Of a DNA stretch of 64,000 bases, positions 54,814 through 62,929 are shown piece by piece; position 1 is the stretch's first letter; the number at the start of each line of letters is the position of its first letter. The position numbers and the translations under genes are program-made. The stretch is from an uncultured Alphaproteobacteria bacterium (GTDB lineage Bacteria; Pseudomonadota; Alphaproteobacteria; RF32; CAG-239). The DNA lies in assembly GCA_944391485.1 (NCBI GenBank), contig CALXTQ010000018.1, forward strand, positions 22,619-86,618. The letters run 5' to 3'. The notes beneath the pieces were generated by a model. The model saw nothing but the letters and a program-made list of their open reading frames with translations. It was not told where the DNA came from and made no database searches.

Positions 54814-56700
54814 ATGAAAAAACTGTTGTTGTCGCTGATAAGCGGTATTTTGATGCTTTCCGCCTGTTCCCGTACCGAAGGGGATTCTCCGGCTCCCGCC
54901 TATTATTCGGACTGGGACCGCGCGATCCGCGCCGATGTGGACATGCAGAACATGTTTGTCCGCAGCCCGCGCAAAATCGAAAAGCCGATTGACATGTATA
55001 TGGCGATGGCACTGGCTTTGAAGTACAATTATACCCGCCGGATGGTCAGTTACGAGCAAAGTATGATCAAAGCCGGAAAATCGTCTTTTTCCAAACTGCC
55101 GGAGATCATGAGCAACGCCGGTTACATCAACACGAATAACTCGGTCAATCTCAGCCCCGACCTGAAAGTAGCCTGGAATATTCTGGATATTTCCACCGTA
55201 TATTACCAAAGCCTCGACAGCAGCTACAAAAACAGCATTTCTTTTGAGCAGGGACGCAAGGTTATTCACAATATTCTTCAGGAAACCCGTGTCTTATACT
55301 GGAAAACGCTTGAGGCGCAGAAACTTTTGCCGACGATTGACGGCATGATTGAATATATGACTCTGGAAGTGGACGAGATGAACGCTTCGGCGCGCGAACT
55401 GGCCAAGCAGGGAAAGAGCATGCCGATGACCGACCTCGTTAAAAAGCGCAAATATATGGAAGCGGTCAAGAATCTGTCAATTCTCAAACGCGATATGGAA
55501 ACCGCCGAAGTTCGCCTGGCAAGTATGATGGGGTTCCACCCATCGACGGAATACAGGCTGGTCGGCCCGGAATACGGCAATTTTGAGCTTCCCGCCCTGA
55601 AAAGCGATCTGGCTCAGCTGGAATGGTTGGCTCTGACCAACCGTCCCGAACTCCGTATTCATGACCTGATGACGGATTCGACCGAGCTGAAAATCCGTAT
55701 TAAGGAGTTTCAGGATCCCGGCGTCAGCAAATACAGAAACGATCCGAACTATTATAACCGCCTGTGGTCGAAAAAGGCACGCGAAGTCGGCATGACGGTT
55801 TTTGAAAATACGAAGAATCTCAGCGCCAAAGATCTGAAGGCTCTGCGCCGCCAGCGGATGACAACCCTTATTCTGAGTCAGGTTTATGTATCCTGGGCGC
55901 AGTATATGTCTGCCGTCGAAGATTATCAGATCAGCCAGGAAATTGCCGACACTTCGGAAAATATTGCCGAAGATACGACGATTATGGATGGCAGCAAGGC
56001 CGAAAAAAGCCAGTTAGAGGCGGCGCGGGCCATAGAAGATGAGGCCAAGGCTTTCGCCGCTTATGCCGACGTTCAGGATTCTCTCGGCAATTTATATGCA
56101 ACTATCGGGCTGGATGCCGTACCGTATTTTATGCTGGATGAAAAGCCGTCCAAGATTGCGGTTTATCTGCGTAACGTTTTGCAAAAATGGCGCAAGGGTG
56201 AGTTTTTGCCCGATAACCGTCCGTATCTGCTCGATGTTCCGGGCCGCCGCCCGCCGGTCAACCTGTCGTCTCCGAAACTTCTGCCGGATCTGAATCTGGA
56301 AACGGGACAACGGATATATGTTGAGATTCCGCAGGCTGTTTTCGATAAAATGGACCTCCGCGGCAAAGTTACTTCCAAAGCCGGGTTGATCGACGATTCT
56401 CCGCTGCCGAAATGGCTCAGGTATAATGAAGAAACCCATACTTTTGAGGGAATCGCCATGCCTTCCGATGTCGGGGAATATAATATCAAGGTTTATATTA
56501 CGGACGAAGAAGGAAATATAGGCTACCTGACATTTAAGATTAAAATCGTCGAGGTCTTTGTGCCGTCGATTCGCGTCCGCGGCCTGACGCCGGGAAGAAA
56601 GGCGACTGTCCTGAAAAGGTGCATCGGGCCGCAATGTTCCGATGAGTATATTGAAGAAACAGTCATTGGTGAGGAGGTAGAAAAAGCTCCTCGCTTATAG
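54814..56700 (+). CDS. TolC-like outer-membrane lipoprotein with a C-terminal cadherin/Ig-like (dystroglycan-type) domain
   Basis: Lipobox ILMLSAC. OEP-like repeats (ALALKYNYTRR, LALTNRPELR, LGNLYATIGLD). C-terminal PLPKWLRYNEETHTFEGIAMPSDVGEYNIKVYITDEEGN fits the LP.WL.fd..t..f.G.P...d.G.y.i.v..tD pattern. Confidence 0.6.
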   Translation: MKKLLLSLISGILMLSACSRTEGDSPAPAYYSDWDRAIRADVDMQNMFVRSPRKIEKPIDMYMAMALALKYNYTRRMVSYEQSMIKAGKSSFSKLPEIMSNAGYINTNNSVNLSPDLKVAWNILDISTVYYQSLDSSYKNSISFEQGRKVIHNILQETRVLYWKTLEAQKLLPTIDGMIEYMTLEVDEMNASARELAKQGKSMPMTDLVKKRKYMEAVKNLSILKRDMETAEVRLASMMGFHPSTEYRLVGPEYGNFELPALKSDLAQLEWLALTNRPELRIHDLMTDSTELKIRIKEFQDPGVSKYRNDPNYYNRLWSKKAREVGMTVFENTKNLSAKDLKALRRQRMTTLILSQVYVSWAQYMSAVEDYQISQEIADTSENIAEDTTIMDGSKAEKSQLEAARAIEDEAKAFAAYADVQDSLGNLYATIGLDAVPYFMLDEKPSKIAVYLRNVLQKWRKGEFLPDNRPYLLDVPGRRPPVNLSSPKLLPDLNLETGQRIYVEIPQAVFDKMDLRGKVTSKAGLIDDSPLPKWLRYNEETHTFEGIAMPSDVGEYNIKVYITDEEGNIGYLTFKIKIVEVFVPSIRVRGLTPGRKATVLKRCIGPQCSDEYIEETVIGEEVEKAPRL

Positions 56701-57050
56701 CCAGCGGTTGTGATTTTGGTTTTAAAACGGATCCGGTCGAATCAGGGTCCGTTTTTTTTGTTTTTTATTCCGGGGCTGTGGACAAGACTGTGGATTTTAA
56801 CTTTTGTGTAACATATTGATTTTGCATGAAATAAAAATATATTTTTTTTGTTAAGAAATTTATCCACCCGCCGAAAAATATTTTTTGATTGATTTATAAA
56901 GGGATAGTGATGTCAATAGCAAAAATTGCCTTTTAGGCTCTTGTTATGTGTATTTGAATAACGCAATATTGAACCGGGACTAGACGGATGCTTTGGATGG
57001 TTCGTCCCTGAAAAATCACAAAAATTTTTGTTAAGTAAAAAATATTGTGT

Positions 57051-57066
57051 ATACAATATATAGAAT
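57051..57066 (+). promoter_or_regulatory. NrdR-box-like site 1 upstream of nrdD
   Basis: ATACAATATATAGAAT matches 13 of 16 positions of the published NrdR-box consensus acaCwAtATaTwGtgt (recalled from literature). Confidence 0.5.
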
Positions 57067-57081
57067 ATTTACAAAATTTTA

Positions 57082-57097
57082 ATACTATATATGGTAT
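57082..57097 (+). promoter_or_regulatory. NrdR-box-like site 2 upstream of nrdD
   Basis: ATACTATATATGGTAT matches 13 of 16 positions. It lies 31 bp from site 1, the spacing described for tandem NrdR boxes. Confidence 0.5.
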
Positions 57098-57168
57098 ATA
57101 AATATCAAATTTGATAAAACTGAACAAAAGTATAAAACACAAAAGATTAAAAGGATTAAGAGCAGGAA

Positions 57169-59226
57169 ATGTCAGATACTAAATATAATATGCCGGCGCT
57201 TGAAAATGAAACGATTGCCATTGAAAGCGTAACCAAAAGAGACGGTACACTGGCTCCGTTTGACAGCAACCGCATTTATAATGCGATTCTCAAGGCCGGA
57301 ACCACGACTTCGGAATTCGGGGAACAGGAAAGCTGGTTGTTAACTGCTCAGGTCCTGAAAGTTTTGAAGCATAAGTTTGCGGAAAGCCTGCCGTCAATTG
57401 AGCAGATTCAGGACATTGTCGAACAGGTCCTGATTTCCGCCAACTATTTCGCTACGGCCAAAGCCTATATTCTGTACCGCGATCAAAGAAACCGCGCTCG
57501 TTCCGACAAAAAAGTCATGGTCGACGTCGAAAGCTCCATCAATGAATATCTTGAAAAACTCGACTGGCGCGTCAATGCCAATGCCAACCAGGGCTACTCC
57601 AACGGCGGTCTGATTCTGAACGTTTCCGGCAAAGTTACCGCCAACTACTGGCTGAGCCATGTTTATCCGGCCGAAGTCGGCGAAGCGCACCGCAACGGCG
57701 ACATTCACATTCACGATTTGGATATGCTGGCCGCCTATTGCGCCGGCTGGTCGCTGAAAAATTTGCTGCACGAAGGCTTTAACGGCGTTCCCGGCAAGAC
57801 CGAAGCCGGTCCGGCCAAACATCTGTCGGCAGCCGTTGGCCAGATGGTCAACTTTATGGGCACGCTGCAAAACGAATGGGCCGGCGCTCAGGCTTTTTCT
57901 TCGGTCGATACCTATCTGGCGCCTTATATTCGTGTCGATAATCTTTCTTACGAGCAGGTCGAACAAGCGTTTCAGGAACTGATTTATAACCTGAACGTTC
58001 CGTCCCGCTGGGGTTCTCAGACGCCGTTTACCAATTTCACTTTCGACTGGGTCTGCCCGGAAGATCTGCGCGACAAGCATCCGATTATTGCCGGTGTCGA
58101 ACAGCCGTTTACCTATGGCGACCTCAAAGAAGAAATGCACATGATTAACAAAGCCTACATCACGATTATGATGAAAGGCGATATTAAAGGGCGTCCGTTT
58201 ACCTTCCCGATTCCGACTTACAATATGACGCCGGATTTCCCCTGGGAAGACGACAATACCGAACTTTTGTTTGAAATGACCGCCAAATACGGCCTGCCTT
58301 ATTTCCAGAACTTTATCAATTCGGTTCTGAAGCCCGGTCAGATTCGTTCGATGTGCTGTCGTCTGCAGCTTGATCTGCGCGAACTTCTGGCTCGTGGCAA
58401 CGGCTTGTTCGGTTCGGCCGAGCAGACCGGTTCTATCGGCGTCATTACCTTTAACTGTGCCCGTTTAGGATATGTTTATAAAGGCGATGAACCGGGGTTG
58501 TTTGCTCGCGTTGACGAACTGATGAACATTGCCCGCACGTCTCTTGAGATTAAACGCAAGGTTATTCAGCGTCTGATTGACAACGGCCTGTTTCCGTTCA
58601 CCAAACGCTACCTAGGTACGCTCCGCAACCATTTCTCGACCATCGGCGTCAATGGCATCAACGAGATGATCAGAAACTTCACCAACGACGAGCACAATAT
58701 TGCTGACCAGTGGGGACAGGCTTTTGCCGAGAAGTTCCTTGACTATATTCGTGCCCGCATGGTCAAGATTCAGGAAGAAACCGGCCATATGTACAACCTT
58801 GAAGCCACGCCGGCCGAAAGCGCCACTTACCGCTTTGCCCGTGAAGACAAAAAACGCTTCAAAGGCATTATTCAGGCCGGAACTGAAGAAAACCCGTATT
58901 ATACCAACTCTTCGCAGCTGCCCGTCGGCTATACCGATGATCCGTTCGAAGCTTTGGATTTACAGTCTAATCTGCAGACCAAATACACAGGCGGTACAGT
59001 TCTCCACCTGTATATGGGGCAGCGGATTTCTTCGGCCAAAGTCTGCCGCGACATTGTCCGCAAGGTTTTGACCAACTATCGTTTACCGTACGTTACCATA
59101 ACCCCGACCTTCTCCATCTGTCCCAAGCATGGATATATCTCGGGAGAACACAAATACTGCCCAATCTGTGACGAAGAGAAGAAAGCAGAAAAAAGAGCCG
59201 CAGCTTCCAGAAAAGAAGTTGCATAG
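57169..59226 (+). CDS. nrdD: anaerobic ribonucleoside-triphosphate reductase, large polypeptide lacking the glycyl-radical loop
   Basis: ATP-cone N-terminus (VTKRDGTLAPFDSNRIYNAI), class III core (CCRLQLD, GSIGVITFN). The C-terminal Zn-ribbon ICPKHGYISGEHKYCPICDEE is then followed by a stop with no RV.GY motif. Confidence 0.88.
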   Translation: MSDTKYNMPALENETIAIESVTKRDGTLAPFDSNRIYNAILKAGTTTSEFGEQESWLLTAQVLKVLKHKFAESLPSIEQIQDIVEQVLISANYFATAKAYILYRDQRNRARSDKKVMVDVESSINEYLEKLDWRVNANANQGYSNGGLILNVSGKVTANYWLSHVYPAEVGEAHRNGDIHIHDLDMLAAYCAGWSLKNLLHEGFNGVPGKTEAGPAKHLSAAVGQMVNFMGTLQNEWAGAQAFSSVDTYLAPYIRVDNLSYEQVEQAFQELIYNLNVPSRWGSQTPFTNFTFDWVCPEDLRDKHPIIAGVEQPFTYGDLKEEMHMINKAYITIMMKGDIKGRPFTFPIPTYNMTPDFPWEDDNTELLFEMTAKYGLPYFQNFINSVLKPGQIRSMCCRLQLDLRELLARGNGLFGSAEQTGSIGVITFNCARLGYVYKGDEPGLFARVDELMNIARTSLEIKRKVIQRLIDNGLFPFTKRYLGTLRNHFSTIGVNGINEMIRNFTNDEHNIADQWGQAFAEKFLDYIRARMVKIQEETGHMYNLEATPAESATYRFAREDKKRFKGIIQAGTEENPYYTNSSQLPVGYTDDPFEALDLQSNLQTKYTGGTVLHLYMGQRISSAKVCRDIVRKVLTNYRLPYVTITPTFSICPKHGYISGEHKYCPICDEEKKAEKRAAASRKEVA

Positions 59227-59255
59227 AGTAAAATTTAACTTTGGAGAAAGAAAAG

Positions 59256-59462
59256 ATGACAACAATCAATTTTGAAGATATTAAATTAACCGACGAAGAA
59301 AGACAACCTTGTGAAGTTTGGACTCGCGTAATGGGATATTTCCGTCCGGTTTCCGAATTTAACAAAGGCAAAAAGTCGGAATTTTACTCTCGCGTATGTT
59401 TCTCTGAAAGCAAAGCTGTTTGCGGTGGTTGCTGCGACCACATGGATATTGCGGCTGAATAA
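59256..59462 (+). CDS. small protein carrying the NrdD glycyl-radical motif
   Basis: GGAGAAAG RBS, ATG at 59256. EVWTRVMGYFRPVSEFNKGKKSEFYSRV parallels the E. coli NrdD C-terminus TRRVCGYLG....FNAGKQEEVKRRV (recalled). Confidence 0.6.
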   Translation: MTTINFEDIKLTDEERQPCEVWTRVMGYFRPVSEFNKGKKSEFYSRVCFSESKAVCGGCCDHMDIAAE

Positions 59463-59482
59463 TTTTCAGACAGCGTTTTGCG

Positions 59483-60184
59483 ATGAGTGCAAAAATTAAG
59501 GTCGGCGGTGTTGAAACTTTCAGCACCGTCGATTTTCCTGAACATATGGCTGCCGTAGTCTTTTTGCAGGGATGTCCCTGGCGTTGTCCTTTCTGTCATA
59601 ATACGTCGCTGCAGCCGGTTAATGTCGAAACGGATTTTGTTTGGGAAAAGTTTCTCGATTTTTTGGAAAAGCGCAGGGGGATTTTGGATGCTGTTGTTTT
59701 CAGCGGCGGCGAACCTCTGGTGCAAAATAGTTTAGGAGATGCCATAGATGATGTAAAATCTATGGGGTACAAGGTTGCACTGCATACCGGCGGTTACCGT
59801 CCGGAAGCTCTGGCCGGTGTTTTGCCGCGGTTGGACTGGGTCGGGCTGGATATTAAGGCGCCGTTGACCGCGGAAGCTTATCGGAAGTCCACTGGCGGTT
59901 ATGATAAAGTCGATAATATTCGGCAGAGTCTGAGCGTGTTGCTTGAAAGCGGCGTTGATTTTGAGTGCCGCACAACCTGCGATCCGCGGGTTCTTGACCT
60001 CAGGGACATTTATGCCATTGCTGATTCTCTTAAAGAAACAGGCGTAAAAACTTATCGCCTGCAGCGTTATCGACAGGTCGAAGGCGATGCCACGCCGGAT
60101 TCGGAATGCGAGAAGTTTTTTGCTGACAAGGCGCTGGAACGGTATCTGCGCGAAAGTTTTCCGGATTTTGCTTTCCGCTCTTAA
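59483..60184 (+). CDS. nrdG: anaerobic ribonucleotide reductase activating protein (radical SAM)
   Basis: Cluster motif GCPWRCPFCHN (CX3CX2C), GGEPL. 233 aa, immediately downstream of nrdD. Confidence 0.85.
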   Translation: MSAKIKVGGVETFSTVDFPEHMAAVVFLQGCPWRCPFCHNTSLQPVNVETDFVWEKFLDFLEKRRGILDAVVFSGGEPLVQNSLGDAIDDVKSMGYKVALHTGGYRPEALAGVLPRLDWVGLDIKAPLTAEAYRKSTGGYDKVDNIRQSLSVLLESGVDFECRTTCDPRVLDLRDIYAIADSLKETGVKTYRLQRYRQVEGDATPDSECEKFFADKALERYLRESFPDFAFRS

Positions 60185-60212
60185 TCATAGAGGCGTTAAA
60201 ACGCCTCTTTTC

Positions 60213-60938
60213 TTATGCTTTTTGAGCTGATTTCTGTTTGCCGTAATGTTTACGCGGCATTTTTGCGGCTGTTGGCCTGTTTCCTTTGCCGGCCGACATG
60301 GCCGCCGTTATTTTCCGGATAGATTTTGCCGCCGGCCTTTCGGTTTTGGCTTTTTGCGCTTTTTGTTGTTTTTTCAGACGCTTTTTATTGACTGAAAAAC
60401 CAAAATATCCGAGATTTCGCCCCAATGTATAATAATGTCCGTGCGCATAAGCGACCAGCCCGGCCTTTTCCAGATCAAGACGTCCTTTGTCGTCGATATA
60501 GTGTTCATCGACGTTGACGGCAATAATTTCGGCCAGAAACATGTCGTGTGTTCCGAAGTTTGTAATGCTTCTGACCCGGCACTCCATGGACAGGGGACTT
60601 TCTTCGATTTGCGGGGCCTTAACCTGCGAACAGGGAGCCGGCGTCAGATTCATGTCTCTGAACTTGTCGGTATTTCGGCCGGATTTGACGCCGCAATAGT
60701 CGCAGGCCGTAATCAGGCTGAGCGTGGGAAGGTTAATGACAAATTCACCGCTTTCTTTGATAAGACCATGAGAAAAGCGCGACGGTCGGATAGAAACATA
60801 GGTCATGGGCGGTTCACTGCTGATAATCCCGGTCCAGGCGGCGGTCATAACATTAGGGTGTTCCAATGTGCCGCAGCTGATCATTGCCGGAGGAAGAGGA
60901 GAGAGCATTGTACCCGGTTTCCATGTTATTTTTGTCAT
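60213..60938 (-). CDS. flavin reductase-like (FMN-binding split-barrel) protein with a ~60-aa Lys/Ala-rich C-terminal tail
   Basis: PPAMISCGT...NVMTAAWTGIISSEPPM...SHGLIKESGEFVINLPT is typical of the flavin reductase domain. Tail KKRLKKQQKAQKAKTERPAAK.... Confidence 0.7.
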   Translation of the reverse strand: MTKITWKPGTMLSPLPPAMISCGTLEHPNVMTAAWTGIISSEPPMTYVSIRPSRFSHGLIKESGEFVINLPTLSLITACDYCGVKSGRNTDKFRDMNLTPAPCSQVKAPQIEESPLSMECRVRSITNFGTHDMFLAEIIAVNVDEHYIDDKGRLDLEKAGLVAYAHGHYYTLGRNLGYFGFSVNKKRLKKQQKAQKAKTERPAAKSIRKITAAMSAGKGNRPTAAKMPRKHYGKQKSAQKA

Positions 60939-61122
60939 TATTCTTCACCCTTTGGTTTAAGTTGATTTCCGGCATACATTAAAACAGTTTTTTCGGATGT
61001 GCAAACATAATTTCGGAAGATAATTTCTATTAATACTTGCAAAATTTAGTAAATACAATAATATATTGCTGCCGAGAGCTGTTTAGATCTTGTGCGTGTA
61101 ACTTTTTAATGAAAGGAAAATT

Positions 61123-62004
61123 ATGGCGGTCAGCAAAAAAGATATCATGAATTTGGAGAGCATGCTTCTCCTGTTGGCAGTAACGCAGCACGAAGGAAAG
61201 CGTAGGGCTTCGGATGCCATCAGCACTTCTGTGGATACGATTAATAAATATATTGATAATCTGGAACAGACGCTGAAAACCAAGCTTGTCAACTGCAACG
61301 GCCGAGGAACGACACTGACGCCAAACGGAAGAAAAATTACGGAAAGCGCCCTTAAGATCAAAAATATTCTGAATGAAATATATGTTGCGGCCTCCGAAGA
61401 AGGAGAGGTAAAGGGAAAAGTGCGGATCGGCATGGCCGCTGGCCTCAATGCCAATCTTTTTGCGGAGAGCATCTGCAATTTATATGATCAGTATCCGGAA
61501 ATCAGCATCAATATGCATTCAGACTTTGATGCGTTAAATATAAGCGATTTGTCTTTTGATATCGGCATCGGTTACGAAAAGCCGTCCGGTTCGGAAGCCG
61601 TCGTTTTGTACAACAGAACGCTGAAGTTTTACTTTTTTGCGTCTCCCGAATATCTGGCGGTTCACGGATATCCGCTGGATTTTGAGGATATGCTTGAAAA
61701 CCATCGTATTATAAACAAGGAAAGTTATTATCGTTTTGCAAAGGGCATAAACAAAGATTTGGAAGGCGCGCGTTTTCTCTGTTATACGACCAATTCAAGC
61801 TTTGCGATGGCTGAAGTTATCAGAAATAATCTGGGGATAGGGCTGCTGCCGGCGCAGTATAAAAACGAGGGACTGGTTTGTCTGGACAACATCAAATATA
61901 GTCTGGACATTCCCATTTATCTGTTTGCGCATCGCAATATCAAGGATATTCCGAGAGTACGGGCCGTCATCAATCATTTTAAAACCGTTTTGTCGAAAAT
62001 ATAA
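61123..62004 (+). CDS. LysR-family transcriptional regulator
   Basis: N-terminal wHTH (LLLLAVTQHEGKRRASDAISTSVDTINKYIDNLEQTL) and a ~200-aa substrate-binding domain. 293 aa. Confidence 0.8.
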   Translation: MAVSKKDIMNLESMLLLLAVTQHEGKRRASDAISTSVDTINKYIDNLEQTLKTKLVNCNGRGTTLTPNGRKITESALKIKNILNEIYVAASEEGEVKGKVRIGMAAGLNANLFAESICNLYDQYPEISINMHSDFDALNISDLSFDIGIGYEKPSGSEAVVLYNRTLKFYFFASPEYLAVHGYPLDFEDMLENHRIINKESYYRFAKGINKDLEGARFLCYTTNSSFAMAEVIRNNLGIGLLPAQYKNEGLVCLDNIKYSLDIPIYLFAHRNIKDIPRVRAVINHFKTVLSKI

Positions 62005-62072
62005 ACAAAAAAGATTTGAAAATTTATTTTTTTACATTATAGTACCTGGGAATTAATCCCGGGGATGCTTTT

Positions 62073-62741
62073 ATGAAACTTGTCAATCTGATGCCTGATA
62101 TTTTGGATCTGATCCCTTACGACTACGACGCGATCAAATGTCCGTTGTATGACGAGATAATCGGGCGCTGTTTGCAGAAAGCTGTGCCGTCCTGGCATCC
62201 AAAATTTGTTCAGGTTGGCGGAATTCCCGGTGCTGGCAAAACAACCTTTTGTAAAAACCACCATTGGAACCGTCAATTGTTTATTAGTTTTGACGCGATA
62301 ATGGAAAGCCTGCCCGGCTATCGACAAGATCTTTGTTTGCTGGGACATGCGGAAAGTTTCAGAAAATGGGAAATACCTGCCCGGATAGTTGGATACGAGA
62401 TCTTGCGCCGCGCTATAATGAAGCGGAGTGATATTTTTTTGGAGCACAGCGGCGTTAATCATGCCCATGTGCAGCTCGTCAACAGTCTGAAAAAGCTCGG
62501 CTATGATACGGAAATGTATTTTATTACCTGCAATCTGGAGACTGCCAGCCGCCGCGCCGTTCGCCGCGAAAAAAACACAAAACGCCATACGCCGCCGCAA
62601 ATGATCGCGGAGCGCGCCTCTTTGGTTGGAAAATATCTTCGGATCTACACAGAAATTGTTGATAACCTTTATGTTTACGATACTTCCAACAACCAATTTC
62701 TGCTTCAGCAGAATTATCAGAAAGGCTGCTTGGTCGGCTGA
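62073..62741 (+). CDS. zeta-toxin-like / P-loop kinase family protein
   Basis: Walker A GGIPGAGKTTF. Size and later R-rich segment (ASRRAVRREKNTKRHTP) resemble zeta-toxin/AAA_33-type kinases. The antisense 242-aa ORF is rejected. Confidence 0.5.
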   Translation: MKLVNLMPDILDLIPYDYDAIKCPLYDEIIGRCLQKAVPSWHPKFVQVGGIPGAGKTTFCKNHHWNRQLFISFDAIMESLPGYRQDLCLLGHAESFRKWEIPARIVGYEILRRAIMKRSDIFLEHSGVNHAHVQLVNSLKKLGYDTEMYFITCNLETASRRAVRREKNTKRHTPPQMIAERASLVGKYLRIYTEIVDNLYVYDTSNNQFLLQQNYQKGCLVG

Positions 62742-62929
62742 TTTTCCCTTAAGATGATTGGACAAAAATTTTTATTTTTTTTGTCTTGTGCGCTTTCATA
62801 AAATATGATATGCTCAATTCCGTTAAGCATATCATTAAGAGTATAATTATTAAGGGAGTTAATCCGCTGTTCTTATGTTCTTGGTCATATGCTTGCATAA
62901 TGTAATTGTTTCACTTTAAATAATTTTTT

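Noticed and set aside
56777-56868. Chromosomal replication origin (oriC)
   Set aside because: There are only three imperfect DnaA-box-like 9-mers and no flanking dnaA, dnaN or hemE-type marker genes. I cannot compute GC skew here. It is kept only as a low-weight alternative in the nrdD leader finding.
57169-59462. nrdD as a simple frameshifted pseudogene
   Set aside because: The gap between the large ORF and the glycyl-radical ORF has stops in all three frames and a good RBS before the ATG at 59256. A 1-nt indel cannot rejoin them. Both ORFs are otherwise intact and nrdG follows.
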